Origin: Balanoglossus misakiensis
Lineage: Eukaryota; Animalia; Hemichordata
NCBI GenBank assembly: GCA_040954595.2
Contig: CM082582.2
Span: 12,148,415 to 12,212,414 of the forward strand
Length of the DNA stretch: 64,000 bases
Direction of reading: 5' to 3'
In this document: positions 37,601-52,600 of the stretch, in pieces
How the letters are laid out: every line of letters begins with the position of its first letter
How positions within the stretch are numbered: the stretch's first letter is position 1
Notes under the pieces: model-generated
Databases searched by the model: none
What the model was told of the DNA's origin: nothing
Seen by the model: the letters and a program-made list of their open reading frames with translations, nothing else
Made by a program: the position numbers and the translations under genes

Positions 37601-40600
37601 TAGCCATTTACTATTCATCAACCAATGCTCTTTCCTTTGCCCTGTCTAGAAATGCATGCTATTGTCCTTTTCTGTGCACGTTGCATGACAATTTCACAGT
37701 ACTCTTTTCTCGTTACCTTTTTGATTTGTATTTCAACCACCTTCAGTTGCCATATCTGAAGGTAAGTTTGCTAGCAGCTGCAGCCTTTCTTTCCAATCTC
37801 ATTTTGCACCACTGTGCATTTCCACACAGATTTGCCACCAGCACGCTGCATTCCCACGTAGAATCATTCACACACATACATGGTTATTCATTACAACTCC
37901 CCAGTTGCTTCTTATTGTGTGAGGTTGAAAGTTTGTAAAGGGCTCTAACAGTCTGTGAATGGATTAAGCAGAAATGTGTTGATATAACAGTTTGATACTG
38001 TGTCATAATCGTTTGACCTTACATTTGCAGTGACAGTTAATACACTCACTTACATTATAAATATATGATGGTCAATAATCTCCCTTTATCAATCCTACTT
38101 TTTTGAAATCCATCCCCAAGATACTCCCAACACCTTATTCAAAGTCAGTAGACTCTCTTTTAGTTCTTCAAAGTTATTTGTTCATGCATGTATGAAGATG
38201 CCATCATACATTTAGGAAATTCCCGTAATGAAATTCATATCAGTGATTATCATTCTGTGTTCATTGGGATTAAAAGTAAAATGATATGTTCAAAGTCTTG
38301 CTAAATTAAAGTACAGTTAAGTTTTCTGTGGATATGCATGCAGTCTTAGCCTACAATCCACTCGTATACACTTGTAAACCAAGATTTGTAGTTCGCAATT
38401 TTTATAATTTGCCTTTTCTCCCCCAAATCTTAGAATGAATTCCCGTCAGAATTGGAATTACAAATGGAAGTAGAGCGTGTCATCGTGAAGGAGTTTGCCA
38501 CCGAGTACCAGTCTGAGTTAATTATGAGCCGTGCAGATTCCATAGCAGCTGCAGCAATCAGTGACCAGAATGAACAAACACCACGCACCTTCACTGGACA
38601 CACAGGACAGACACCCAAAGGGAGAAAAAACAAGAAACCCAAGTGAGTATAGAAACCATCTTACTTGTGTTCTGGCAAAATTACCACTTTATTTCTATGT
38701 ACACATTTACTCAAGTTGAGGGTCTGGTGTCCATGGAACGCTGTTGGCGTCATCACATGTATGTGGCATTTTGTTCTATAGTAGGGCTGTTTTAGCTCAT
38801 GAAGATGGCTGGTTGCAACATGAATCTGTCACAATTCTCAGATACTTTATAATTGATTGTTCTTTATTTCAGAGCCAGACTGCCTGACTATCTCCTTGAT
38901 TTTGGCTATGTTGTCCTGGGCACAGTGCGTACACACATAGTCCGAGCCATAAACACTGGACACTCTCCAGTCTCCTTCTCTGTGGATCGTCACAGCTTGA
39001 TTGGAACAGGATTCAATGTTGAATTGGATCGAGTCAAAAATCTGCCAGGATTCCCTGATCACGAGACTGTGGACTTTGTGGTCAGCTTTGATCCACGTGG
39101 GGCGAATCTGGATCTGGGAGGCGTTGAAACTCTGGTTCCAGTGAATGTAAGTAACCATAGTCTCTGCTGTGTTGCTACTCTCAAAGCCAACATACTCTTT
39201 CTGTATTCTTTCATAGGTAAAATATATTTGCTATTTTCCCTTGTTCTCCTTAATCAAAGAGAGGGATAGTGGCCACTAGCACCATCTATGCGCAGTATTT
39301 GGGATGCAATGTTTGATTGCATTTCTTGGGCCAACTCATTTCTAGACTGGCATTGTAAATGTCACAAGTTGAAACATGTATTTTTTTGTTTGCTAGATTA
39401 TAAACGGACCATGTGTGCACCTGAGATTGCGTGCCAATGTGACCATGCCAGACATGGAGATATCAACTGATACACTTGACTTTGGACAAGTTCAATGTGG
39501 ACAGTGTAGAGTCATTACTGTACAGCTTCATAATCACAAACAAGTGAGATGTGAATGGTCGTCACTACCAACAGAGAAAGAGAGGAAGAAGGTAAGAATT
39601 TGAAAATCCAAAGACAAAAATACAGGTCTGACAGAAGATTCATTTTGATCTCATATTTTGTGTTCATCAGAGGACAAACCTGTTTTTTCATTCACTGAAT
39701 ACAATCATTGCCTGAGCTTGCATGGTGCATTATAATGTTGATTATACATTTTATGAGAGAAAATTATGCTGTTGGAAAAGGTTGAAATATTTCAGCACAC
39801 AACTCTGATCCCACTCTCTCTACCTACACCAGTACATCTTGTATTTGGCATGTATATAATGTTGTAATATTATCATGTTGTCTTAGTTGAAGAGAATTGT
39901 GATATTTTTGTTATTCATTCTTCATGTTCATCAATCATCACGATGTTTTGTGGTACATTGATACAGTCAGATTGATCAACTATCTCTTGACATAAATTAT
40001 GACATTCTATTATGTTCCACTGCACCACATATATCTATTACACATGTCCATCATACACAAGTGTTTTACGTAGTGTCACATGTATATAATCACATTCAAT
40101 GTTCCATTACACATTATTTTGTCATTATTTAAATATATGGTGTGTGTTTAATTGTAAACTTTTCTCTAATGCTAACTTAAAAGGCAGAGGAAACTTCCAA
40201 GAAGGTACAAAAAAAACATGTAATTAAACTTTAATATTTTTGCATGAATTTTCTGCTTCTCTAAGAAGCATATACACTATCCTGTTAAAATAATCCTTCT
40301 GATGTCCTTTCGTGTCACTTTTTTCATGAGTAAAGGAATGTCATCATTCCTGATGTGTTTTCTCATGAAAATTGACATGAAAGATTCTTCTCTGTCCACT
40401 ATTGCATGAGTGTATCTCTGGCCAGATTGACTATTGTATGTATGTGTTGCATACATGAAATCTGTCAAAATACAGATGTCATCAGTTGAGTATAAGGTGT
40501 AGCTTGCATGTGTTGTCATTTCATGTATTAAACACAGAACAACTTTGATGCCATCATGGTATATGTACATGGTCATCAAAATATCTACTATATCTAAAGT

Positions 40601-43600
40601 TTCGTCTAACACAGAAATTTCTGAAAAATATAATACTTTCAATTAGACTAAAATGTCTAGATCATTCTCTTTCTTGTAATGTATTAAACCAGTAGATACT
40701 ACAATATATTGTGGTGGATTCAACATATAAAATCATATTGTGTAATCCATTGACATAACCCTCCAATCTCACTAACCTGGCTACAAACAACCCAGTCATG
40801 TTGCCATAACCATCTTCAAAACAAACAAAATCTGACAGACCCAAATGTCACCTCAAAAGTGGCAGAGAATTCAATACATCAGACAAGTGGTTAAACTTTT
40901 AAAGCATGTCAACCACCTGCATGAAGTATATAAACTTCTCTTCTACACATTCTTGTCATCTGTATTAACGCATTTCCTGAATCTAAATATGAATTCTGTT
41001 TTGACTGCCTGCTAGGTGGACAAGCATGTACCACTCCACTTGAAACGCAAGCTGAAACCAGACAAACCCAAGGCACGTAATTTTGAAATGATGCCACCAA
41101 CTGGTATGTTGTTACCGGGTCAGAGAATCAACGTACAAGTCAAGTTTATGCCTACAGAAGAGGTGAGTGTTGCATATTGTAGTATGAAATATCTTTGAAC
41201 ATGCACTTTAGCACAAGATTAATTACTGTGCATGTTTCTCGATATCTCTCTTTGTCTGTCTCTATCTATCTCTCAGTTTTTATTCAACTAGCATCGCTCC
41301 ATTTCCTATTTGTCTCCTGCCTACACCATTGGGTGATTAAAATAGCAGGATAATCTGACATATGGCACACACTTTTTCCTTCAGAAACTGTATGCAGATA
41401 GACTTGCAATCAGACTGGCACAGAGCAGTCAGAGAATCTTACTGATGGTCAACGGACAAGGTCTGGAACCCAGGCTGGATTTCTCCTCCTCACTGGTGGA
41501 GTTTGGACCAATATTACCTCATAGTTCAGGTGATGAGGTGGATGTCATCGTCAAGAATCCTTCGGAATATCCGGTGGAGTTCTATTCCCTGGAATATGAT
41601 AAACAGTATCTGGAAGAGGAGAAGGTAAGTGGTCCAGTAATGGAATCTATCAGTGTCTCACTCCGCCTATGTGTACAGTTGTTTATTCTTGATGATGATC
41701 AAAACGTTGATAATTCTACATACAAATTTTCTGACATCTGATAGATCCTACGTATGATGAAAGGCTATGATGAAAACAACACCATACTTCTACCACCACG
41801 GAATCCAGCTGAAAGGTTGCCTGTTGAGTTGACCGATTTCTTCGCTGAACAGCAGAAGAAACAGGAGGAAGAAGAAGAGAGAATCAAAGCAGAGGCTGAG
41901 GCAGCTGCCTTGGCTGCACAACAAGCTGCAGAAGGTGTGTGTTGTTTCAGAATTGATTGCAGGGGGTGTTGAACATTGGAAGGTGAATGAACGACAATGT
42001 ATTTTGTATCATTCTTGCATTGGTATAATGTAATAGTATATGATAAATTCAAATCAATTTCGCAACTTTCTCCCTGTCATTTCTCACCAATCCTTCCACA
42101 GCCAGCGAAGAGGGAGCAGAAAATGGACAACCCTCATCAGACGAACAAGGTGCTACAGCCATCATGACCACAGGACCATCCCGTCCTCCGAGCAGCACAC
42201 ATGACAGTGAGAAAGACAGGAAGAGTGACAGAGCAGACAGATCTGTTCTTGATAAACCGATGGAGAAGACGAGCAAGGATGTTGAAGCTGAAGATGTGGA
42301 TAAGATGGAACCCAAGGAGGATGATGAAGATGGACAAGGTAATGAGAATTAACAGAACCCCAATTGTGTGTATATAGCCCTCAATTGGAATGGACACATG
42401 TTCAAATGAAGCCTTGATTGCAGCCTAGATTGACAAAAGTGATGAAGAGTGTAAATAATGGTTTATTCTGATTCTTTGTTGCAGACAAGAAAGACAGTGC
42501 CAGCAGTATTGGAGTTGGTGAGTTAGAAATCACACCAGTCTCAGCTGCGATCGCTCGTCATCTTGGAATTGATCTCTCACCAGAGGGGAAAGCTGCCCGC
42601 AACAGAAGAGGTGTGGCCATTGTGGTCCATGGGGCACCACTCTCTGGTAAGTGTCTTTGCCGTCCGCAGATATCACATGCTGTTTGAAATAGCTGTATCA
42701 GAGTAACAGCATCTCCTGTTCATAAAATAACCAACCAGCATACGATTGTTTCTGTCAACAGGAAAAACAACAACCGCTGTTGCTTTGGCCAAGTATTACG
42801 AAGCAGCCTTATTAACAATGGATGGTGTGGTACTGGAAGCCATTTCCAACGGGGCGTCGCCGGCTGGCCTGCGTGCTAGAGAACTGTGTTCACAGACGGC
42901 CAAGGCCCAGCTCCTTAAAGAAGGTGAAGGCAGTGACGCCGAAGCCAAGGCTGCAGCTGGCGGTCTTAGTGTCGAAGCAGTCACAGCTCATGCTGCACAA
43001 GGGGGTGGTTCAGGTGAGGCTGCATTATTTTTAGTCGGTTTCAATCGTCTGTGAATTTGTGGTGTGGCACATGACTCATTAACATACAGTGAAGAGTGAG
43101 ATAATTGTACAGTGTATACTAGTAATTGGATAAGAGTGATTTTCCGGTATAGGAAGTCTTTTCTGGAAGACAAGTCAAATAAAAAATCAAGTCATACCAA
43201 GTCTGGCTCAAAATGTTACTTTGGTGTTAAAGTGTGTATTCAACCAAACATTTCGAAGGCAGTGATACTGTATTGATGATGATGATAATAGAAAGTGAAC
43301 TTGAAGGAGAAAAAGTTTGTAGTTATTGCAAAAATTGTCTGTAATTATTTAGCAGGGAAAATCAAGATAACATGCGAAACATTATTCAATTTTACTTTAC
43401 ACATTTCAAGACATTCATAACTACATATTCTCATCATTCTTTTTCATGACAAACTCATCTCTGTTACTTCTCTTTGTTAATTGTCAATCAAACCTTGTCA
43501 CTTTCACTGGTGTTTCGTAACAGCATTTGTATCATCGTACTGGTATTTCTAGCATTGTCTTGTGTGCTCTGTCACTCAAATGAATTTCAATGTCTGATTG

Positions 43601-46600
43601 TATGCATTCAAAGTCATCTCTCCCCAAGAAGAACCTCGTCAAGCTGTCTCAAGACACTCAAAGTCACGCTTGCAAGGTGGCTATACGTTACTGTCAGTTA
43701 TATGCGGCATGGCTGGTGAATTGACCCAACACCTGGTTTTTCTCCCTCATCGGTCAATCATCCCCCCCCCCCCCTCCCTCTTGATGTTCTCTACTCTGTT
43801 TCATTACCATGTACTTTTGTCATCAACACAACCCAGACCTCCAGAATGACACAACGCCATCACTTGAATGAATGCTGATTTCACGGAATCACAGCTCAGT
43901 CTCATTCCCATTCCACTGTCCGGAATCGCAAAAAGTAGAACGGGAATGGGACTGCACAGATGCGTGACTCAGCAATCATTCAAAATATAACATGAACATA
44001 CCTACAAAACTATTAGAAAAAAACATACACAAAAATGCTGAAAGATCTGCTGATATTTCTGGACAAAGATCCCGATGAAGTTAGCAAACCTGCATGGTGG
44101 TAAAATGGATAGCAAAGGTAGATTGTTTGAGCCAGGGATTGCAGTGGTGTCGCAGTGGCTAAGTCCCGCCTATGGTTGCTTGTATCGCCTGTTTTCTTGG
44201 TGTCTATATGCTGTGCTGTGCTGTGCTAGCATGTTGTGCTGTGCTGTGTGGATGTTACTCAAATCAAAAATCTCAAAAGGATGTATGGTCATTGCTATGT
44301 GTTTTTACAACTTGCAAAGTCCAAGAACTACTAACACTCTTTTGCAGCATTAACCCAATGATATTTTATTTTTAGAGAAAATAATTGCTTTTATAGTATA
44401 ATCATCGAACCTTGCTTAAATTCCAAATATCCTGGCTTAATGCTATACTGTATTGCATGAACAGTGTGCGACAAAATTCCGTTTTAATTTGGCATGTAAT
44501 TTGCTTGTGACTGTTTTGCCCAAGGATGTAGAAATGCTTATAGTCATGACCCTGCATGTTAATCCGTGATCAGTCCCCCCCTCCCCCCAGCATGCTGCTT
44601 GCTTGCTTGCTCCTTTCCCCGTAACACGACTGATTCTAGCTTCTCCGCACCCGTTTGTCTTTTTTTTTTTGCACCTTGCCTCAGGCTCTATAAGTGCTGG
44701 GGTGGGCGGACATTCAGGCGCTCACTCTGTGATCAGCAACCGCAAAACAAGCACTATTTCAGGCCACAAGCCCGCACACAGTACCATTGGTAGTAAGGCA
44801 GGAGCTGATGATGATGGCGGTGGCGGCGGCGGTAAACTGGACAAGAAAAAGGACAAGAAAGCCGATACAGACAATACGACACAGCTCAGTGGAAGCCCTC
44901 CCCCAGCTGCGCCTATTTCTCGAAGACTCAGTGTGAGTGCAAGTGTAGCTGGTGAGGAGGGCCTCATGAGCTGTATATTGCCTGAGGAACTTCTTGTTGA
45001 AATTCTGGCTGAAAGACTGCAGGTAACGTTAGCCTTGACATCTGTACTGTGTTTCACTCCCTGCCTATTTTGTGCATTCCACATAAAATAACCATGCTCT
45101 TATTTTCCATGGTTAGATTTAGAAAGATCAAAACAGGTGAAGATATGCAAAGTGGACAGTCACAAATGGCTGTTAAATGCCTCCATACATTTTCATGGGC
45201 AGAGATTTGCATTGAGAATCCCTAAGCACCGTTTCCATTCAATGTTTACTCTCCATGTTTCAGTTAAACGACTGCCATCGCGGTGTGGTCTTTGATGGCA
45301 TGGAGACACTGTTCAGTGCTTCCCTGTCAGCCTCTGCTAATGCCCTTCTCAAAGCGTTCAACAACAGAAAATACATCTACTTCATTACGATGAAACTGGA
45401 GCAGTCAGTTCTTCAAGCCAGAGAGAAACGAGAACAGGAAGAGAAAGGTAAATGCACAAATCTATCCAGATCTGCACTTTTATCATCATCTGCCTGTTCA
45501 CAATGTTCAGTGTAGCTGTGTGCATATATGTCATACTGGAAACCAACAAGTTTGTGTTGATGTTTTGTGATGCAGAACAACTTGAAAAGAAGAAGGAAGA
45601 GGAAGAGAAGCAGGCTTTGGAAGAAATGAGCGAAGATGAATATGATGGACTGAGTGAAGATAAGAAAGCTGAAGTGGATATGAAAAGATTGAAAGCCAAG
45701 AAAGAACGGCTGAAAAGGTACAAATGATGATTTTCTTTGCGAGATCTCGTGAGACTTGTTTAAATTCTGTTGCTAGCCGAGAAATGCAGGCCATGGTTTG
45801 TATGAAACCAAAACAGGTGCAGAGTTTAACGAAATGATAACATGTTGTCATTACAGAGAAATGGAAGAAAGGCTTGAAAAAGAACGCAAAGAGAAAGAAC
45901 TGAAGCAGTTGGAAGAAGAAAGAAAACTAGAAGAAGAAAAGTAGGTTTTTGTGTTTTAAATTCTCAATTCTCAATAACTTCATCAGAAGTGTTGGCTCAA
46001 TTTTGAGAATGAAATATTTCGTGGAAACTATATTATCAAAAGCACAGGCTAACATGAACTAAATATAAGTGCCGTCAGAATTGTTACTTTTTGCCGGTAT
46101 TTGTCCACCAGGTTGAAGCATAAGAAGGGACACAAAGGCAAAGACAAGGAAAAGGATGGCAAAGATGGAAAGGGTGGGCCCCCTGGTAAGAAAAGCCAAG
46201 ATACAAAAGTGGGCGGAGCAGCCGGCAGCAAAGAGACAGTGAAACAAGCGGATAAACACAAAGAGAAAGACAAGGAAAAGGAAAGAGAGAAGGATAGAGA
46301 GACATCCGATCACGGACTGAAAGCTGCTCCATCTCAACTGACGGATAGGCCGGAATCTCACGGTACAGCCGGAAGTGAAGTTCTACTGGATGAAAGTGGA
46401 AAGTAAGTTAGCCCTTCAGAGTTGGTTTGTACAGTGCACATAATCAACCCTTTCACCACTGTGGTTTGGTCCACATCCATTGTTTTCTTGGAAAAGGTGG
46501 ACCTCTATGGAGGAATGTGGGGGTGAAAGGGTTAGAGACAGCATTGCCTGATGAGTTGACACACACATACCCAACCCACCACTGCCATCCTCTGTTAGTG

Positions 46601-49600
46601 TTTTGTTTATTGCAAGTGGATCATACTGAGCGTTTCCAGTGGTATGTTGGAAAGCTGTACATGTATTGGAAATAGCCATGCACTGTTTAAAATTTCACGA
46701 AAAGAAAACATTATTCGGCACCTGTATGAATCAAAGGAGGAATTTAATTGGCGTTCACAAACCCTTGAGAAAGCTGAGTTACACCAACCCTTCAAGACAC
46801 ATCCTGCTTTCCTGTGGGTTTTTTTTCTGTTGTTGTCAACCAGTCCTGTATTTTTCTTTTCTTTTTTATGTTTGTTCAACACTAACCATACTTCTGTTGT
46901 TTATAAAACTGTCCATGTATCATATTTGTTTACATGCCTTAGTCCTGGAAAGGTTAGCATTTTGTCATTAGTGGCAATAAAGCAAGTCTGGTAAGATACA
47001 CATGGATTTGGAATTCTACTCTGCAGTCTCTTGTTATTATCACCTTTCCTCTTTCTCTGTATATCTAATGTTTGTAAAATGTATAAAAACTTATCACTCT
47101 TGTATCTTCAAATGAGGTATTATTCTAAAGAGTCCATTCTATCACTGTCTGGTTCATTTAGAGAGTAGCAAACACAACAACAGTTAGTATACTAGGTCAC
47201 ATCTTAGAAAGATATTAGAGTCGCAATGTAAAAAAAAATTCCTGATGTCTTCAATTTTAGTCTAGCATTCACGATATGTTTTATTTGGATATGAAAAATG
47301 AAAATGAGGTCTTCTTTGATCCAAAAGAGCTCACATGCATGATAAGTGAGAATGCATGTTCTTTCTCTTTGGTATCAGTTTGCATTGGAAATTGTCTCAG
47401 TGAAATTAAGAGTCCCATGGCCACATTGCATTGAAAAGTTCTATACACTGATAGTCTTTTTGTTTTTCAGGAAACGCAAGGGTGGAAAGAAAGATGAAAA
47501 GGGTCGTCCGATTTCAACTGAAGTGGCCTCCAAAGAGACTGTAGCTGAAGGAGATGAAAAGGACCCTGCTAGGGAAGCAGAGATCATCCTCAACAATCGA
47601 TTCCGGGCATTCGAACACTGCCAGAAGGATATCGACAAGCTGTTAAACCGATGGGACAGAACGCAGGGTGTGGTCGTTCCAGATCCAACAGCTGATGCCT
47701 CAGACGTCGATGAACAGCAGATTCCAGTCCATCCGCCGTCGGGAAAGAAACTGAAGGGACGCGACAAGGAGAAAGAAAGAGAGAGACAGGAGAGAGAACG
47801 CATGGAAAGAGAGAAAGCTGAGAAAGAAAAAGCCGAGAAGGAAAAGGTAAAGAAAGAGAAGTTGTACTGATGGATACATTTACATTTATCTATATGTTTT
47901 TGTTTGTGTTGCTATCATGCCTACTTCAGTACAATAACAAAACTGATATCAAATCTGTGCAGAAACAATCATTAAAATACTATTACTACCTGAAAATCAC
48001 AACATGAGAAGTACTTTCAATAAGAGAGAACATGACATTGACCTTGCAGGCAGCAGCAGCGGCAGCTGATGGTCAAGGTGAGGGCACTGAAGGTCAAGAC
48101 ACTGTTGACGGAGAAGAAAAGAAAGACGAAGAACCCAAGAGTGACGTTGGAGTGCCACATATCCTGATGGATGCCAGTGAATTAGATGCACAAATGGGAC
48201 AGAAGATATTGGATACTGGCAGGTTGCCTTCTGCAGTAGAGGTTCTGGATGGCTTAGGGCTAGGTCCTAGTGGTCCACCAATACCACCCCCTGCCAATTT
48301 CTCAGTGGTTCCCTATCCTGTCAAGCGTAAACCCCCACCTGGTGGGGAAGTAGCTGCTCATTATGTCTACGTGGCGTCCTCACCTGATGATCCGTAAGTA
48401 CTCGATCTGTGTATATACGTGTACAATGTCAAGTTCTCTGTGATCATCATTTAGATATCAGAATTGCAGAAGTAGACTGCCTTGTTTGTTCTGGTAAAAG
48501 GAATCAGTTTTCAGCAATTTCTACATTTTCTATTTTATAGTAATATTGGTGTGGAAGAGAAACCCAAAGAACCTGAAGCGGAACCTGAGTCTGCAACTCC
48601 TGATAAAGGCAGGGAAAAGGTCAGTCCTGTATACTCTAGTCCTGTCACAGGATTCTATACATACATCAACATATACACACATAGAGCAAAAATGTCATGT
48701 CATGTTTGAAAATTAAACGATGCCCCATCAAGTAAAAAATGAATTTTTAGTTTTAATAACATTAACAAGGTTCAAAGTAAAAATCAGTATTTAATGGGAG
48801 ACTATCATCATTATCAGACAAGTGTGAGTGTTGGCTTTTGATGTCAGTATTGATAATTGATAAGACTATGATGTGTGTTGCTTTAATAGGAAGAGCATGC
48901 AACCCCTACTGGTAAGGGCAAAAGTAAAGACAAAGGAAGCAGAGCTGGTGCTGAGAGTCAGAGTGGAAGACGAAAATCTGCCGGAAAATCCCGGGCGCGA
49001 AAAGGATCCCTGACTGTGACCTCACCACCACCAGGTACGACCACGCCCATGTCAGATGCTGATGGTCAGAGCAGTACAACTGGTGATACAGCTGCTTTGC
49101 AAGAACCAAAGAATCCAAAGTAAGTCTGGGTTTATTATGAGAGAAATTTATCTCAATTAACTAGTTTTCAACAAAAGATACAGTGAAATAAAGTTGACTA
49201 AAAATCTAAAGGCCAGTTTTCGAAATAATGTACCCTGTCTCCCCTGTCATTCATAATTCCGTCATGATCACTCCTGTTACAGATTATCCATATTCCGATG
49301 GATTGTTCCTGCCAATGGAGAAGTGGTCCTGCGTATCCGCTTCCAGTCTGAGGAACTGGGGCAGTTTGATCAAACTCTGAACTTTGAAATTGTCGGAACT
49401 CGTCGACGTTATCAACTGTATTGTCGTGGAATCTGTTCCTTCCCAAATATCAGCAGAGAACCAAGGTGGGTACTCGATTGAATTACTGAATTCAGAAAAA
49501 AAAGTTGAAGAGAGTGGCTCGTTATGTTGCAGTACACATGGCATGCTAAATGTTTATTAAATGACATTTCTGTCGTTACAGAATTGTGTTCCCTCACCGC

Positions 49601-52600
49601 AAGAAGAGCAAGAAGATCGACGAAATTGTCCACAAGAAGTACATCCTGAACAATGAGACATTGGAGTTCGGACCGCTCCTTGCCGGCAAAACGAGAGACC
49701 GATACAAAGAAGGCAGATATCCGGAAAACCTGGAGAAGCTGGTAGTATTGAACACATCACCCTTGGATGCAGATATCAGTTTCTGCTTCCAGACAGACAG
49801 CCAGGCAGAAACATGGTTACTGGATCCTCCAAACATGATGTTGAAACCAGGAGACTCTCAGGTTTGTCTTCAAGAAGACATCACTGTAAAATTATTTTTC
49901 ATTTAGAAGAACAAAACGTCTCTTCCCATGTTCATAAGTAGCATATTCTGTATACCTTTTAACTGAAACTATTTTTTCTGGCCGTATAGGAACTGACTGT
50001 CTGGGCATACCCGAAGAACAAAGGTTTCTTTGAAGACTGTATCGTGTGTTGCATTCGAGAGAATCCTGAGCCCATTCTGTTCAAAGTGTCCTGCTATGGC
50101 GTCCGACCGGAATTAGAACTAGACAAGAAACAAATACATTTTGAGAAAGTACTCCTGCATAGGTAAGACTATACTTCCATTCTATCATAGCTTTTCATAT
50201 TGTGTGGTGTATGTCTCTAAAATCTCCAGTAAGATGCTGTTTCATTATAATTCATTAAAAGTGTTTGAACATTCTGTTTCTTTGACAGAAAGGACACAAA
50301 GACTGTATACCTGCGTAACAGCACATTGCTACCAGTAGCCTGGAAGATCAACGGTCTGGAAAACCTAGGAGATGATTTCTCAATGCCCAATGAATCTGGT
50401 GTCATTGAACCCAAGTCAGAATATGCTTTGAACGCTCATTTCAGAGCGATGAAAGCCATTAATCTGAGGAAGACTATAAGACTTGAGGTGAGTAGGCATT
50501 TGGATTCTGTTTGCAGTATCAGGCTATGTTTATCAGACCATTTAACTCCTTACACCACACATCACTGATGACTGAAACTCTCCATGAAGAACATTTAACC
50601 TTGCACACAATTATTTTCACACAACACCTAATTCACTTTTCTGTGTTGTATTCCATATAGGTCTCAGATGTGGACAACATTATCGGTCTCTTGCAAACTG
50701 AGAATATCTTGGTGCAAGCTGAAGCTTATGATGTGGCATTGGATATGAGTTTCCCCAAGGGTGCAGATGGTGGCTTAGACTTTGGTGTCATACGTGTCAT
50801 GGATGAGACGAAACAGACATGTTCACTCAAGAACAAAGGCAAATACGAAATCCAGTACAGCTTTCAGTTTGAGCAGAGCGATTTCAACAAAGATGTCTCC
50901 TCACTGTTTTCTGTGATACCCCAGAAAGGTACACTGATCAACAGTGACAGACCAACACAAGTACAGGTCATCTTTAGGTCACGCGAAGAGGTCACCATCA
51001 AAGATCAACCTGTTCTTAAATGTCAGGTAAGAAAAAACTTAATATGATCCATTGTTTCTATGCATTACAGATATATCACACAATATGTAAAGTTATCTCT
51101 CCAAATGTGGATCACTCATCATATGTTTATTTCTACCATCTTTGACCAGGTCATTGAACCCAACATTGCTGATGGTGGTGAAACCATAGCCAGTATTCCG
51201 GTCAAGTTGAGTGTACGATCCGTCTTCAGCAAGTACACCATCTCTCCCGTCAGCGATATCAACTTTGGATCCATGTTCCTCAACCAGCGCAAATCCCGGA
51301 ATTTTGTCATCGAGAACAAAGGAGAGTTTGATTTCAAATACTCCATCACCAAGATGATCAAAGACATTCCGATACAAGCACAACCACAGAGAGGCAGAGC
51401 GTAAGTATTCATTTCTGCCAAATTTTACTCTGTACTCATAGCTAGTATTGTAGTGCTATTGTTGTACAACTATAGAACTGTAGAGATATATTTAATGTTC
51501 CGTCTGTCTACTTCAGCTCTTTAATCATCTTGACCAGTGACCAGCTATTATCTGCATCACTGCTCTGCAGGATCACTGTCCATTAGACTACCACCATGGT
51601 ACACACACAAAAATCTTCAATGTTTTTGTGTTTCTCACATTGCATTCATATGAAGTAACACCACTGTTTTGAATTGTGGTGGCTAATACCAAATGTTGGT
51701 CTTCTGATGTCTGTGCTGTTACACCTCAGTCAAGATCAATAGCTGAAAAAAAAACCTCATACACAATACAAACTCTAACTATGAGCGAAATCCTAGTCAC
51801 CAGTTCCACAGAATGGAAAGCTTTTCTGTCATAAAAAGATAGTAAATCCCATGAGCAACCATTCAAATACATATAAGTGCCTTTATGCCATTAGAACCAT
51901 AAAATTGGCATTTTAAAGCTACTTTTGTTCATGCCTGCATGTGCCATGCTTTGCATAATGTTTGTATGGTTGACATTAACTTCAAGTACTTGCTTGCTTG
52001 CTTGGCATGGCATCTTGTGCAATGCTTTCTAGGGGTTCCAAGGCTTCCACTAGAGCATCTCTTCAAGTTCCTAATTTGAGGTACAGTAGATCTGTCACCA
52101 ATGTATGTGTGCCACTCTAATAGTAATACCACGGCTAACTCTTCTGAGAAAGGGGACAGCTGGCTGCTAAACCAGCTAACATTTGGTGTGACTCAACTCA
52201 CCATTAATCACAGTTTTCAAAGTAGCATTAGGGCTGACTGTAACTCTGCACATTATACCACAACCACTGTGCACTGCACATTACACACACGCACGCTAAC
52301 TAACAACATAGCAACAATTTAACTAATGTCACATTGATTTTGAATGAGTTTTTAGTACCCACTAACTTGATTCACCCAATTGTGCCACAATTAACACATG
52401 GTAACCGCAACATAGATTCTAATATCAAATTCTCTTTCAGGTATCATTGTACAGTCATTAGATGTACTTCCTGGCTGCTGTAGGCATAGTGAAGGCAGCC
52501 AAATTCTAGTATATGACATATATTCCCCTGTCATCCAGTACTTTCACATTGTCCTGGCCCACGCACACTCCCACCTGTCCCACTGTCACAAAACCATGCA

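Noticed and set aside
42613-42780. P-loop motif GAPLSGKT in HYDIN as a novel NTPase insertion
   Set aside because: An adenylate-kinase-like P-loop region is a known part of HYDIN orthologs.
43897-43917. miR-1 identity for the intronic hairpin
   Set aside because: Only the 7-nt TGGAATG matches; the remainder differs from the highly conserved miR-1 mature sequence.
51571-51598. AG/GT-bounded segment in a long HYDIN intron
   Set aside because: 28 nt is not a multiple of 3 and the donor (gtacac) is weak. It does show that such segments can occur by chance.
52430-52446. Acceptor directly followed by GT (tctctttcag|gtatca), like a recursive splice site
   Set aside because: The regenerated donor is weak and the intron is only 1.2 kb; recursive splicing is a feature of very long introns.
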